A stretch of DNA of 64,000 nucleotides from Candidatus Obscuribacteraceae bacterium (GCA_044226015.1 JBGAHS010000001.1:832001-896000), one strand, 5' to 3'; shown: positions 1 to 10,087, counted from the first letter of the stretch. The notes: generated by a model not told the origin, from the letters alone. A program made the numbers and translations.

Positions 1-513
1 AAGGTTGATACCTCAAAGATTGCAATCACCGGTGGTAGCGCAGGTGGCTACACTACTTTGTGTGCTCTTACATTTAGACCTTCTGTCTTCTCTGTTGGCG
101 CCTGCTATTACGGCGTAAGTGATTTGAGCGCTCTTGCAACTGATACACATAAGTTCGAGTCTCGCTATCTAGATAAGCTTGTCGGACCATATCCTGCGCG
201 CAAAGACATTTATGATCAACGCTCTCCAGCTTTACATGCTGACAAAATTACCTGTCCTGTAATATTTTTTCAGGGGTTGGAAGATAAGGTAGTTCCTCCT
301 TCTCAATCTGAAGTGATGGTGAACGCTCTGAAAAAGAAGGGGCTTCCTGTAGCATATTTGACATTTGAAGGTGAGCAACACGGATTTAGAAAGGCAGATA
401 CTATCAAGACCTGCTTGCAGTCGGAATTGACGTTTTACTGCAATATCTTTGGTATCAAGCGCGATGATCTCAGCCAACAACTTGTAATCGAAAATTTCGC
501 GGCAGCGAAGTAA
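1..513 (+). CDS. S9 family (prolyl oligopeptidase / acylaminoacyl) peptidase, C-terminal part, 5'-truncated
   Basis: Frame is open from base 1 ([20 protein letters not shown]): nucleophile motif GGSAGG, then QGLEDKVV (Asp) and GEQHGF (His). Confidence 0.93.
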   Translation, partial: KVDTSKIAITGGSAGGYTTLCALTFRPSVFSVGACYYGVSDLSALATDTHKFESRYLDKLVGPYPARKDIYDQRSPALHADKITCPVIFFQGLEDKVVPPSQSEVMVNALKKKGLPVAYLTFEGEQHGFRKADTIKTCLQSELTFYCNIFGIKRDDLSQQLVIENFAAAK

Positions 514-515
514 GC

Positions 516-3092
516 TCAGCTTTCCTTTTCTGCGGACTCTTGCGTTTCTGCTATTTCGTTTTTTCTACGAAGGCAGAGCAAAGCGAGTGCGGTGTAGCTT
601 GCTAGAACAATTCCAACCGCAAGGGCACCAGCATACAAGCAATCAGGTCTGAAATAAAAGTCAACTTTGTGTGCACCTGCAGGCAGCTTAACCGCTCTGT
701 TTATAAGGTTTGCTTGATATATTTCGCTGGATTTTCCATCTATGTATGCTTTCCAGCCGGGGTAGTAAGAGTCTTGTAGAACTAGATACGAATCACTCTT
801 CGAAATTGTGTCTATAGAAACATGCTCGGGCTCATCCAGGCTGATGTTCGCTCTATCTCCATTTGAGTTGAGTGTCGTGGGACTGTTCGAATCGCTAAGG
901 TTCTTCGCTTCTCTTAACCTTACAGTAGAAAGAGGATCTAAGTTCAATTCTTGCGAGCTTGAAAGCTCGGACAAAAAATCAGCTTCTTCATTTTGAACTG
1001 ATGTGGTCAGGTACACTCTTTTACTGTTTTCGCGAATTCTGTAAAGCAGAAGATTCATGTTGTCGTCTCTAAGGACTGGCTCAAAGAGTTCAGGGTCAAG
1101 AATCGGCAGATAGGATTTTGGATCGCCCTCAACGTTGAGTGTTGCGATCTGTGCTGTTAAATATTTTGTTGCCGTGATGCGGCAAAATCTGTAGAGCGGA
1201 ACATCGTGATATTTCGAGCTGATTTCAGCTTGCCTGCTAAGCCTTGAACTCGCCATCGACCCCATGGCCAATTTGCTGTGTAAACCAGTTATTGCCATGT
1301 CGTAGCCGAACGAACTTTTGAGGTCGCAATCCATATTTGTGTTAGGAAATAAGGTTTGTCTGTTGTATTGAATGACTGCTTGGGTTGGTGTGATACCACC
1401 AGCGGTGAGTCGCTCCAGGTAATGTTTGCTAGACATTGCATCACTGTAACTGCGTAGAACTCTTGCTGTAGCTGGTTTAGGGTCTATTTTTTTCAAGAGT
1501 TCCAGGCAATATCGAGGTTTCGCGAAAAATCCAGGCGGAGCTGTTGCTCGAACGTAGTTGATAGCCGGATAGAGTAAACTGGCGCTTACAGTGACGCCGG
1601 TCAGAATGAAAAATAATGGTTTCGCTATTTTTCCATACTCTAGCAAGAGGCAAAGGAAACAAAATACAAGAGCAGTTCCCGAAGCTTGGATGACTGAGTT
1701 TGCGATCAATTGTTGTGCTGCCGTGGCAATTGACGAGTCTGCCTCAGGAAAAAAAACTCGGACTTGAAGTGCATAAAAACCGAAAAGCAAAAGTCCTGCC
1801 CATAAGGCTTGAGTTACAAATATTGTTTTCTTTGCCAGTCCCCCGGCGCTTAGAAGAAAAATGCCACGAGCCGCAAGCAAAATGAGGGCAATATCCACAA
1901 AGAAAAGCATTTTGACTGGATAGCGCATGAGGCTGAGAGAAGGCAACAATTGCAAAGCAAGCGGGGCAAATGGCGTGTTTTTTCCAAGTGCCAGCAATAG
2001 AAAGATGCTGAGGGCGACAATAAGTAAGTATCGCGATTTCCAGGTTCTATCAAGCAATCCCCAGAAGGACAGCGTGAGAATCACCGGGCCTATTAAGGCG
2101 GATTGTAAATAAGCCCGGTGATTTGCGTATGAGCTGACAAGTTTTAGGAAGGGAGATTCAAGTTGGGTGAGGTCTCCTAGCGGTTGTGCACAAACAATGC
2201 AAAGTAAATCGTACCAGTTTGCACTCCAGCGAAAAACTTCGTCTGCGCTGAGTCCTTCAGCGCGTGGAGACAGTCTCAACCATTCGAACTGTGCAAGTAG
2301 GAAGGCTGTACTTAGCCCCAGTCCAAGCAGAATGCTCAGAGTTTGCCAAGCAAACCTTCGTTTTGCAAAGTCGAAATTGCCTTTTGCAGAATTCAACTGT
2401 AAAAGCATATAGATTGCTACGGACAAGAAAATGGGGACGTATATTTCGAAGCGTCCACTGCTCAAGACCATGTAGCACGCAAATGAGCCTAAAAATAAAT
2501 CAAAAACAGCACGAACTGAGGAAGCGTCTCGGATTCTGCAAATTGTCCAGAAAAATAAAGGTCCCCAGGCACAGGTTGTGACTATGCTGTATTGCGATTG
2601 AATAGAGAAAATGTAGCCACAAAAAGCAAAAGACAGTCCCGAAATCCATGCGGCAAATTCACCCAGGTTCCATCTGCGTACCAATAAAAACACACTGGCA
2701 CCAGCTAACAACTGATGTGTGAGTAGAACCAGTGCCATAGCGGCACTGAATGGAAGTAGTGCAAAAATATAATTTGGAAAAAAGAATATTGACGGTTGCG
2801 GATTTGCCAACATGGATACGCCACAATCAGAAAGGTTATTCCAAAGTGGGAAGTGCCCCGCACGAAGTGATTCTCCAATGAACCGGCATTGAGGTTCAAA
2901 GTAGTAGGTGGTATCACCTGCGCAAAAATCCTTGCCTTCAAACAAATATGGAAAATAGTAAATAGTCAAAATAAGGACGACAGAGATGCAAAATGCTGCT
3001 TGAGTTTTAAGAAACTGGATTCCGCAATTCAAAAAGCTCACCCTGTGTTTGACTAAAGCATTATAACTGACCTCGTTGCGATCTACTTCCAT
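516..3092 (-). CDS. YfhO-family multi-pass membrane protein (putative GT-C glycosyltransferase)
   Basis: N-terminal GDTTYYFEP...GHFPLWN...G.SMLANPQ, many TM helices, C-terminal YLVLQDSYYPGWKAYIDG...RAVKLPAGAHKVDFYFRP. Confidence 0.85.
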   Translation of the reverse strand: MEVDRNEVSYNALVKHRVSFLNCGIQFLKTQAAFCISVVLILTIYYFPYLFEGKDFCAGDTTYYFEPQCRFIGESLRAGHFPLWNNLSDCGVSMLANPQPSIFFFPNYIFALLPFSAAMALVLLTHQLLAGASVFLLVRRWNLGEFAAWISGLSFAFCGYIFSIQSQYSIVTTCAWGPLFFWTICRIRDASSVRAVFDLFLGSFACYMVLSSGRFEIYVPIFLSVAIYMLLQLNSAKGNFDFAKRRFAWQTLSILLGLGLSTAFLLAQFEWLRLSPRAEGLSADEVFRWSANWYDLLCIVCAQPLGDLTQLESPFLKLVSSYANHRAYLQSALIGPVILTLSFWGLLDRTWKSRYLLIVALSIFLLLALGKNTPFAPLALQLLPSLSLMRYPVKMLFFVDIALILLAARGIFLLSAGGLAKKTIFVTQALWAGLLLFGFYALQVRVFFPEADSSIATAAQQLIANSVIQASGTALVFCFLCLLLEYGKIAKPLFFILTGVTVSASLLYPAINYVRATAPPGFFAKPRYCLELLKKIDPKPATARVLRSYSDAMSSKHYLERLTAGGITPTQAVIQYNRQTLFPNTNMDCDLKSSFGYDMAITGLHSKLAMGSMASSRLSRQAEISSKYHDVPLYRFCRITATKYLTAQIATLNVEGDPKSYLPILDPELFEPVLRDDNMNLLLYRIRENSKRVYLTTSVQNEEADFLSELSSSQELNLDPLSTVRLREAKNLSDSNSPTTLNSNGDRANISLDEPEHVSIDTISKSDSYLVLQDSYYPGWKAYIDGKSSEIYQANLINRAVKLPAGAHKVDFYFRPDCLYAGALAVGIVLASYTALALLCLRRKNEIAETQESAEKES

Positions 3093-3134
3093 TGAAGAAT
3101 GGAACTGCAGTTACACGGTTAGTTGGCGTGTTTT

Positions 3135-4364
3135 CTAAAAGCTTGGAATCTCGGGACGCTCGCCTTCCTGGAAGTTTTTCCACGATGCAATCACTTCTGC
3201 AGGTGCTTTGTATTTGCTGTCGTAAACCACTAACACATTGGTTAAGCCTCGGCCGGGCTTCATAACTACGGTGTTGTCGTGGGCTAAAGCCTTTGATGCG
3301 CCACCATCTAGATTCATCGCTTCATAGCAGCCTATTGCCTTCATCAATTTAGCTTCTTGATTGAGCGAAAGTCCCTGTAGGAATGTAATGAGGATCAACC
3401 TATCTCTGCTTTTGTTAAATCCTATCGCTGAGCGTGGTCCACAACCTAATACATGCGGGTCGGCAAATCCCTCCAACTCCGGATTCAGCCAGACCTCACC
3501 TTCCTTGAGTAAGCGGGGCCCACAGGTGAGGGAAAAATAGTGGTCTTTCCAGTTAGGCTTGCCCTCTGCGCGCGCCGTTATCATCTCTGGATAATCACTT
3601 TCCCTCAGTGCCAGGGTGGTTCCATAATTTTCCCAGGGGCTATACTTCAGGTTTTTGCCATCGGAGACAAGATTTCCCATCACTCTTTCTTGCTCATCTT
3701 TGCTGAAGAAAGTCCCGTTGACCATTGCTGCCGCCGGGTAGCGCTTTACGAACGTTTCGAAATTGTCGTGCCCTGCACTATAGGTGGTGCTGTTAGCTTC
3801 TTTTGCATTTTTTGGAAGCCGCACAGCAATATATGTTTCAGGGTCGTTCAGGTCGATTGTCAGTTGATAGAATGGCACTCCCTGAAGCTTTCTTTTTTCA
3901 AACTTAATCGGTTTACCGTGACCTGTTCGCACCTTCTTCGCTTTGCTTATTGGCGGAGGAGAGTAGAACAGATTTGCCAGGTTGGGATCTTCTTTTATAC
4001 TTCTTGCTTCTGGCGGAATGCAGTCACCAGGAACCTCCGAAGCCAGCTCCTCCTCCGTTGGAGGGGGTGGTGGCACAAATGCTGGCGGCGGTGGTTCGTC
4101 AGCTGAATCTTCCGTCTGTGCATTTTCAGTTTCTTTTGTCTTTTCAGGTACAGGTTTCTTCTCCCAGGCGCGGGAGACCGTGTTTACGGATATCGCAACT
4201 GTCTTGTTGAACCAGGACCCAATAGTCGCCCAGAAACTGGCTTGGTTTTGTTGATTTGAGAAATACCAGATAAGAAGCACAACAATTCCTATGTCGAAAA
4301 TCCAGCTGAGGGCTGTTTTCAACGTTGAAACTTTTGACTTTTTGGGAGGAGGTGTTTTGCTCAT
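3135..4364 (-). CDS. Phosphodiester glycosidase (NAGPA/DUF2233) family membrane-anchored protein
   Basis: N-terminal TM and Pro-rich linker; motifs NGTFF, GPRLL, PRSAIG, AMNLDGGAS. Confidence 0.88.
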   Translation of the reverse strand: MSKTPPPKKSKVSTLKTALSWIFDIGIVVLLIWYFSNQQNQASFWATIGSWFNKTVAISVNTVSRAWEKKPVPEKTKETENAQTEDSADEPPPPAFVPPPPPTEEELASEVPGDCIPPEARSIKEDPNLANLFYSPPPISKAKKVRTGHGKPIKFEKRKLQGVPFYQLTIDLNDPETYIAVRLPKNAKEANSTTYSAGHDNFETFVKRYPAAAMVNGTFFSKDEQERVMGNLVSDGKNLKYSPWENYGTTLALRESDYPEMITARAEGKPNWKDHYFSLTCGPRLLKEGEVWLNPELEGFADPHVLGCGPRSAIGFNKSRDRLILITFLQGLSLNQEAKLMKAIGCYEAMNLDGGASKALAHDNTVVMKPGRGLTNVLVVYDSKYKAPAEVIASWKNFQEGERPEIPSF

Positions 4365-4522
4365 CGGAAGATAGGACTAGTAATGCTAATCATTCTAGAG
4401 CAATCTGGAAATTATAGCTTCTGTCCTTTTTCCTGAATCTGCCTGACAAAAGTCATCCTGGCTTTATGGATCTAGCCGAATGCAAGGTTATTTCAGTAAA
4501 CCTGGTTTGCTATTGATTGATA

Positions 4523-6985
4523 CTATTTGGGGTCGACTGAGATTGCCAAATGATCTGAGCCTGAACCGCAAATATTGCCAGCTGAATCCAACGGGAAGAA
4601 TCGAATCTCATACAGCCCTGGTGCCTTGAACTCAGTGAACTTCGACAGTTCCAAAATAAACTGTCCGGACTTTTTGTCTGTGACATGCCAGCCATCAGCG
4701 ACTTTGCTGCGCACCTGCGGATTTTGTTCTTCGAACAATAGATTCGTTCGCGTTATCTCGGCGGCATACTGAGAAGCTCCAGGAATGGCGCTTACATCGA
4801 CATTTATTGTGCATGGTTTTCCCTGTGCCGATAAGTGTATAAAACCTTTGCTTCCGAAGTACCCTGAGTTTTCGAAAGAGACCAGAGGCATTACCTGTTC
4901 TTTTGTCAAAATTGAAATTGATTGAATTGTGGCATCGGTTCCCGAAGGCAGCATCAAGCGGAATGGGTGGGTGTTACCACCGAGTGACCATTCCGGCAAA
5001 CCTCGAAGGGCAAACAAAATTCTCTGTTCTTTTTTTCCAGGAGCAAATTGCGCTCGGGTGCGTCTACGCAGTTCGAAATCAGGAAACAAATCATTCGTAT
5101 ACAAAATGTCTGCACCGGTTTCAGCCGCCGCTTCCTGCGCCAGTGTTAGTTTGACCTCGACGAAATCACAGTTAAAGCATGAGCGTGAGCCGAGGTCGAG
5201 TTGAATGAACTGCGGCTGTGCAGATCTATAAATCACGTGCAGACTGCCGTCCTGGTTAGAGCTCATCTCTGGCTTGGTTTTTTGTTCTGGTAGGCTAGCG
5301 ATTGTGGAAAGGTCTTTGCCTTGCCAGATTTGGCTAGCACTCTTTTGCTTCTCCGGGCTTACGTCTACTGCTGCAAAGTGCTTGGAGTCAGTATCCCAGC
5401 GATAGATATGTAGCTTGTCGCTTGATTCTGAAATTGACTCCTTAAGATAACCAAACGGGAAAATTGGGTCGAACCCATTTACCATCAAACACTTGTAAAT
5501 GTCTTTGTTGAGCTGTGGTTTCTTCGTCATTCCATCTAGTGAATTGCGACAGGTGTACGCTCCATTGATTTGATCCGGCAATCCTAAGAGCATTACTTCA
5601 GGGTCGCCATCAAGGTTTGAATAGAGCTTCTGCAATTCTGCTCTAATTGCATTGTTCTCTTCTCCGGCTGCCTTCCATGGCAAATTATTTGTCCAAAGCA
5701 CAATAGTTGCCAGCACCAACAACAATGATGAAACAGCCACGGGAGCAAGCGATGCAAGTTTGTTTTTGATTAGCTTGCCTGTTTCAAGCACTCCGAAGGT
5801 CAGCAACATGCTGAGGGGCACCGTTGCAAGATAAGCAAGGCGACTGCCTTGTAGGTCGCTTCCGATGTTGAAAAGTTTGTATACAGGAACGAGGCAGAGC
5901 ACCAGCCATCCAGCTAAAAACACAAAAGCTCGGCGGTGTTTGACTGGAATCAATCCATTAAGGCTGGCAAAAATGATGCTGGCTACAACCGCTGCCGGAT
6001 AGATCTTGCTGAGGATATTGTGCGACCCGATTAGCATTTTGTTTAGTGGAATGATGAACATAAGGATGGCATGCAGCCAGCCTATGATGAATGCTTTGGG
6101 GTTGGAGATAAATAAGAGGGAGTCGTCGTATCCACCCACCACTGTGCCCAGAGATAATACTCTCACGACAAAATATGCAGCAAGTAAAATCCAGAAAGGA
6201 ATAGTCGAAAAGATTGGCTTTAGACTAGCAACAAAGGAGACGCGCTCAGCTTCCTGTGATGAGGACGCCTGTGCTTTCGTTTGAAAAAGCACATTGAAAA
6301 TGAGTTCGTAAGCGACGAAGACCGCGGGCAATGTTATCGCCATCTCTTTTGAGAGAAGACCCAGGATTGCTGCCACCATGCTTAATGTCATATCGCTGAT
6401 GCGTTTGCTTTCACTGAACCGCATGTAAAAGTAAACTGAAGCCAGGCAAAATGGTGTGACTACAGAGTCAACGCGACCAGTAATCCATGAAACAGCTTCC
6501 GGATGCAGAGGATAGAGCGCAAACAGAGCAGCTGCAAAGAATGGCCAGGTTAATGAATTCGCGAGCCTGGACTTTAATTGAAGCTGTTTACCAAGCAGGA
6601 AGATGAAGACTGTGCTTGCTAAATGGAAAAGAATGTTGGTTATGCGAAAACCAAGTCCGTTCAGTCCGTACATCGCATAGTCGCTGACCATGAAAACTGA
6701 AATCAGAGGGCGGTAAAACTTTGTGGTAGTGCCATCTAGCCAGGACGTATGGAAGTTGCGCCATACAAGCTCTGGTTCATGAATTGCTCTACTCAACCAG
6801 GTCAGATGAACAAAATCATCGCCGTTGAAGAAATTGAAAAATACAGGAGAGTAAGCCCAGAGTGTTAGAGCTGAAATTCCAATCAAGAGTAGAATTTGTA
6901 AGCCAGCTTTTGCTTTCTGACCATTGCTGTGTTCGGCGCCCGAAGCTAGCTCTGGCGATTTTGCATTCACCTGCTGAAGCTCCAT
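4523..6985 (-). CDS. GT-C fold (PMT/TMTC-like) membrane glycosyltransferase with large extracytoplasmic C-terminal domain
   Basis: FFNGDDF, FYRPL, ALFALYPLHPEAVSWITGR, LLSKEMA and SRLAYL motifs with multiple TM segments. Confidence 0.8.
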   Translation of the reverse strand: MELQQVNAKSPELASGAEHSNGQKAKAGLQILLLIGISALTLWAYSPVFFNFFNGDDFVHLTWLSRAIHEPELVWRNFHTSWLDGTTTKFYRPLISVFMVSDYAMYGLNGLGFRITNILFHLASTVFIFLLGKQLQLKSRLANSLTWPFFAAALFALYPLHPEAVSWITGRVDSVVTPFCLASVYFYMRFSESKRISDMTLSMVAAILGLLSKEMAITLPAVFVAYELIFNVLFQTKAQASSSQEAERVSFVASLKPIFSTIPFWILLAAYFVVRVLSLGTVVGGYDDSLLFISNPKAFIIGWLHAILMFIIPLNKMLIGSHNILSKIYPAAVVASIIFASLNGLIPVKHRRAFVFLAGWLVLCLVPVYKLFNIGSDLQGSRLAYLATVPLSMLLTFGVLETGKLIKNKLASLAPVAVSSLLLVLATIVLWTNNLPWKAAGEENNAIRAELQKLYSNLDGDPEVMLLGLPDQINGAYTCRNSLDGMTKKPQLNKDIYKCLMVNGFDPIFPFGYLKESISESSDKLHIYRWDTDSKHFAAVDVSPEKQKSASQIWQGKDLSTIASLPEQKTKPEMSSNQDGSLHVIYRSAQPQFIQLDLGSRSCFNCDFVEVKLTLAQEAAAETGADILYTNDLFPDFELRRRTRAQFAPGKKEQRILFALRGLPEWSLGGNTHPFRLMLPSGTDATIQSISILTKEQVMPLVSFENSGYFGSKGFIHLSAQGKPCTINVDVSAIPGASQYAAEITRTNLLFEEQNPQVRSKVADGWHVTDKKSGQFILELSKFTEFKAPGLYEIRFFPLDSAGNICGSGSDHLAISVDPK

Positions 6986-6998
6986 GCCACTAACTCAC

Positions 6999-7784
6999 CT
7001 ACTGTCCGCTAGATTTCACTGACTCAAACGCAACTTCGTAGGCTGGTCGGTCTTCAATGTGACAGCGTACTTCGTCTCTTTTCTTGATTGCTTTGGCAGG
7101 AACTCCTGCCATGACCATATTCGGCTGAACGTTGTGAGTGACTACGGATGCGCCTGCTATTACGGCTCCGGTGCCAACTCTAACACGAGGAAGAATAAGT
7201 ACTTTTGCACCAACTGTCACGTTGGCTTCAAGATATGGACCTTCACGCCCTTTCTGGCAAGGCGGATGCATGCTATCCACGGTGCAAGACATCGGGTAAA
7301 AATGGACATTGTCTTCAGTCTTAGTGAATGTAGCGATAAACACATTGTTGTGGAAGCGGCAATTGTTGCCGACTTCGATGTGTCCATCTGACTGTGACAT
7401 TGTGCCGAAACTGCAGCCGTCTCCGAAAACACTATTCTCTCTTATGCAAGCCCGGTGTCCGGTTTGAAACCCTTTTCCGAATTTGCAGCTGGCGTAAATA
7501 ATTGTGCCACTGCGTATAGTGCTATGCTCAGAGATAATAGTCTCTGGGTTGTTGTAGTTAGGGTCACGAAACCCAGCTAGCCTCTCACCCAGAATGCACT
7601 GAGCGCCGACAAAGCAGTTTGGTCCAATCTTGACGTTTTCGTAGATGACCACGCCTGGCTCGATGATGCAGTTGTCGCCAATTTCTGCACCATCCATGAT
7701 GATTGCATCGTCGTAAATTCTACAGTTTTGTCCAATTTTGGCTTTGCTGGAGATGCGACTACAAGACGATTGGCTCTCAGGCAT
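6999..7784 (-). CDS. Hexapeptide-repeat (left-handed beta-helix) sugar N-acyltransferase
   Basis: Repeated hexapeptides (IGQNC, IGDNC, IGPNC) and C-terminal GAVIAGASVVTHNV...GVPAK; directly follows the DegT aminotransferase. Confidence 0.85.
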   Translation of the reverse strand: MPESQSSCSRISSKAKIGQNCRIYDDAIIMDGAEIGDNCIIEPGVVIYENVKIGPNCFVGAQCILGERLAGFRDPNYNNPETIISEHSTIRSGTIIYASCKFGKGFQTGHRACIRENSVFGDGCSFGTMSQSDGHIEVGNNCRFHNNVFIATFTKTEDNVHFYPMSCTVDSMHPPCQKGREGPYLEANVTVGAKVLILPRVRVGTGAVIAGASVVTHNVQPNMVMAGVPAKAIKKRDEVRCHIEDRPAYEVAFESVKSSGQ

Positions 7785-7802
7785 AAATTATTCTCTTTAG
7801 TT

Positions 7803-9023
7803 TTAGAAGCCGACGAACGGTGTTGCCACTGCTGCCGGTGTGGCGGCACCAAGCTTGCTCACCATGATTTCGGTAATGGCTTTGGATACTCTCTTAACTT
7901 GTTCTTGCTTAAGTTCAGGATACATCGGCAAGGACAATACTTGAGCTGCGAGTTTTTCTGAAATCGGGAAGTCGCCTTTGCTATATCCGAATTCTGCAAA
8001 AGCATCTTGCATATGCAGAGGTACAGGGTAATAGCACATGCTGCTGATTCCACGCTTATTGAGTTCTGCTCCCAATGCGTCACGCAGAGCTGCATCGTCA
8101 GCATGGTTGCTGCTGCCGCTGGAGACTTTTATCGTGTATTGGTGCCATACGTGAGTGTTGCCACTCATCACTGTTGGCAGAGTCACACCAGGACAGTGTT
8201 TTAGTTCTTCCTGATACCACTTCGCTACTTGATTGCGTTGAGTGTTCCAATCTGCCAGAAATGGCAGTTTGGCAAGCAATACTGCAGCTTGAATTTCATC
8301 TAAACGGCTGTTTCTACCAATTTCATCATGGTAGTAGCGTTTGCGCATGCCGTGAGCACGAATTGCGCGCAGCTTGTCTGCTAGCTCATCATCATTAGTA
8401 GTGATCATGCCAGCGTCACCTGCAGCTCCCAAGTTTTTTGTTGGATAGAAACTTATGCAAGCCATATCGCCTAAGCTGCCTGTTCGTTGCCCATTTTGAG
8501 TGGCACCGATCGCTTGCGCGTTGTCTTCAATAACTCTTACTCCATAACGAGTTGCGAGTTCGAGTATCTTTGCCATCGGGGCTGGCTGCCCATATAAGTG
8601 AACTGGCAATATTGCTTTCGTTTTCTTATTGAAGAGCTTTTCGATGTTATCCGGGTTCATGTTGAATGTGTTCGGATCTACATCAGTAAAAACTGGTTTT
8701 GCACCGCGGGTCGCAATCGCTTCTGCTGTAGCTGCAAAAGTGAATGGAGGTGTGATTACTTCATCTCCAGGACCAACTCCTGCTGCCCATAGTGCTAGCT
8801 CGAGAGCGTCAGTACCATTGGCCACCGCTATTGCGTGCTTAGCGCCGCAGAATTTGGCGATATCTTTCTCTAGCTGACTTACATATTGACCAAGAATATA
8901 GTGTCCGCTGCGCAATATATTGATGACTGTTTCTTCGAGCTGCGGACCGAACTGTTTATATTGTTCTTTGAGGTCGAGGATTTGAATTGGTTGGTTTGCA
9001 GTTTCTTCTACCAAGGTTTCCAC
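7803..9023 (-). CDS. DegT/DnrJ/EryC1/StrS PLP-dependent nucleotide-sugar aminotransferase
   Basis: ANGTDAL, PVHLYGQ, IEDNAQA, SFYPTKNLGAAGDAG, NSRLDEIQAA; GTG start with GGCAGGA RBS. Confidence 0.95.
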   Translation of the reverse strand: METLVEETANQPIQILDLKEQYKQFGPQLEETVINILRSGHYILGQYVSQLEKDIAKFCGAKHAIAVANGTDALELALWAAGVGPGDEVITPPFTFAATAEAIATRGAKPVFTDVDPNTFNMNPDNIEKLFNKKTKAILPVHLYGQPAPMAKILELATRYGVRVIEDNAQAIGATQNGQRTGSLGDMACISFYPTKNLGAAGDAGMITTNDDELADKLRAIRAHGMRKRYYHDEIGRNSRLDEIQAAVLLAKLPFLADWNTQRNQVAKWYQEELKHCPGVTLPTVMSGNTHVWHQYTIKVSSGSSNHADDAALRDALGAELNKRGISSMCYYPVPLHMQDAFAEFGYSKGDFPISEKLAAQVLSLPMYPELKQEQVKRVSKAITEIMVSKLGAATPAAVATPFVGF

Positions 9024-9329
9024 TCCTGCCGGTCTTACTTGTCTCCTGACTCGAGGTTTCAGAGACGCTGCAAGTCTAGTACGGCAGTTGGCATGTCTCC
9101 AAGTAGCAGCTTATAAGGTTGGCAACTCCTAAGAATGTAAACAAGAACTTCATAGCGCTGCTGTCGCTTGACATGGTTGGCTGTTGCTTAAAGGGTGAGG
9201 GTTTGAGATTGCGGGTGTTGTCAGTGGAAAGAAATTGCTGTCGCACCTAAAAATAAACTTACAGCAGTTTGATGAAACAGTTTTTTATCAGTATCTCTTT
9301 GAAAGTATATCTGTATTATAGGCTTAAGA

Positions 9330-9741
9330 TGGTCTTTGTTTAATCCTGGCTACAAGTGATTCCGGCTTCGTCTACTTGCCACTTTATGACGGCAATGGCA
9401 GATGCGCTGTTCGGTTTTCTTCTAAGTTTACAGCGAACTATGGTGGCGTATTTGGTGGCAGGACTATGTGGGAAAGCAGCTGCAAAACTCAGTCTCTTTC
9501 TCTACAGTTTCAATCCTGCTTCAGTTTCGCTAAGACCTTCGCGCAGAGCCTAGCGCGAGAATCCTGAATTTCGCCGGCCGGATATCAAAGACCTGCTCTT
9601 CTAGCGGACCTTTGGAAAACGAGGGGGGGCTGCCATCCCCGACATGATTCGCCATTGGCGGTCACATCGGCCCTCGTTTCCAGATCCGCACTATTGGCCT
9701 GATCCAGAGATGACTGCATCAGCTTCGCTGACTGCAATCAC
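9330..9741 (-). ncRNA. Candidate large structured non-coding RNA (family not recognised; 3' end uncertain)
   Basis: Starts just downstream of a TTGACA-17-CATACT promoter. At least six hand-identified helices in which the minus strand has G-U pairs where the plus strand would have A-C mismatches. No convincing ORF. Confidence 0.5.
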
Positions 9742-9745
9742 TTAA

Positions 9746-9774
9746 AGTATGCCATACAAATGTATGTTTGTCAA
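9746..9774 (-). promoter_or_regulatory. Sigma70-type promoter with palindromic operator-like site in the spacer
   Basis: Minus strand: TTGACA (9774-9769), 17 bp, TGn-CATACT (9751-9746); perfect inverted repeat CATACA-aa-TGTATG at 9753-9766. Confidence 0.65.
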
Positions 9775-9787
9775 TCAATTTATATAT

Positions 9788-9977
9788 TGGGTGGGGCGGC
9801 AGGGGGCCAGAACCGGAACCATGGGCGGGGCGGCACCGGATTCGAAACCGGAACCATGGGCGGGGCGGCACCGGATTCAGAACCGGAACCATGGGTGGGG
9901 CGGCACCAGATTCAGAACCGGAACCATGGGCGGGGCGGCACCAGATTCGAGACCGGAACCATGGGTGGGGCGGCACC
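9788..9977. repeat. 35-bp GC-rich tandem repeat, 5 units (last truncated) plus a degenerate leading half-unit
   Basis: Unit ACCGGAACCATGGGYGGGGCGGCACCRGATTC(GAA/AGA/GAG) starts at 9812, 9847, 9882, 9917, 9952; no spacers. Confidence 0.95.
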
Positions 9978-10032
9978 GCCTCCTTCATGGCAAGGGGGCA
10001 AAGTCAGAAACCCTTGCTATGTAATGTTTTAG

Positions 10033-10064
10033 CAAAAGAAAAAGCCCCTCCGAAGAGGGGCTTT
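10033..10064 (-). terminator. Intrinsic terminator of the HicB-like gene
   Basis: AAAGCCCCTC stem with TTCG loop on the minus strand, running into a T-rich tract. Confidence 0.85.
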
Positions 10065-10087
10065 GAACATCCTTGCCGTTGCTTTAA

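Noticed and set aside
9455..9500. Group I intron core (minus-strand GAGACUG and AUAGUCC resemble R and S elements)
   Set aside because: No convincing P3/P4/P8 or J8/7 sequence and no interrupted host gene; the AUAGUCC segment pairs better in another helix.
9356..9567. Two small + strand ORFs (65 and 63 aa), possible type I toxin
   Set aside because: No clear RBS or homology, and the pairing asymmetry favours a minus-strand RNA. Not fully excluded.
9330..9741. Identification as RNase P RNA, tmRNA, SRP RNA, 6S RNA or CsrB-type RNA
   Set aside because: No GAGGAAAGUCC, no tRNA-like ends, no SRP helix-8 motif, and no single closed rod of 6S type. The GGA motifs lie mostly in stems rather than loops.
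9788..9977. CRISPR array or TIGR-like guide array
   Set aside because: Units are head-to-tail with only a few variable bases. There are no unique spacers and no cas or Nop-domain gene nearby.
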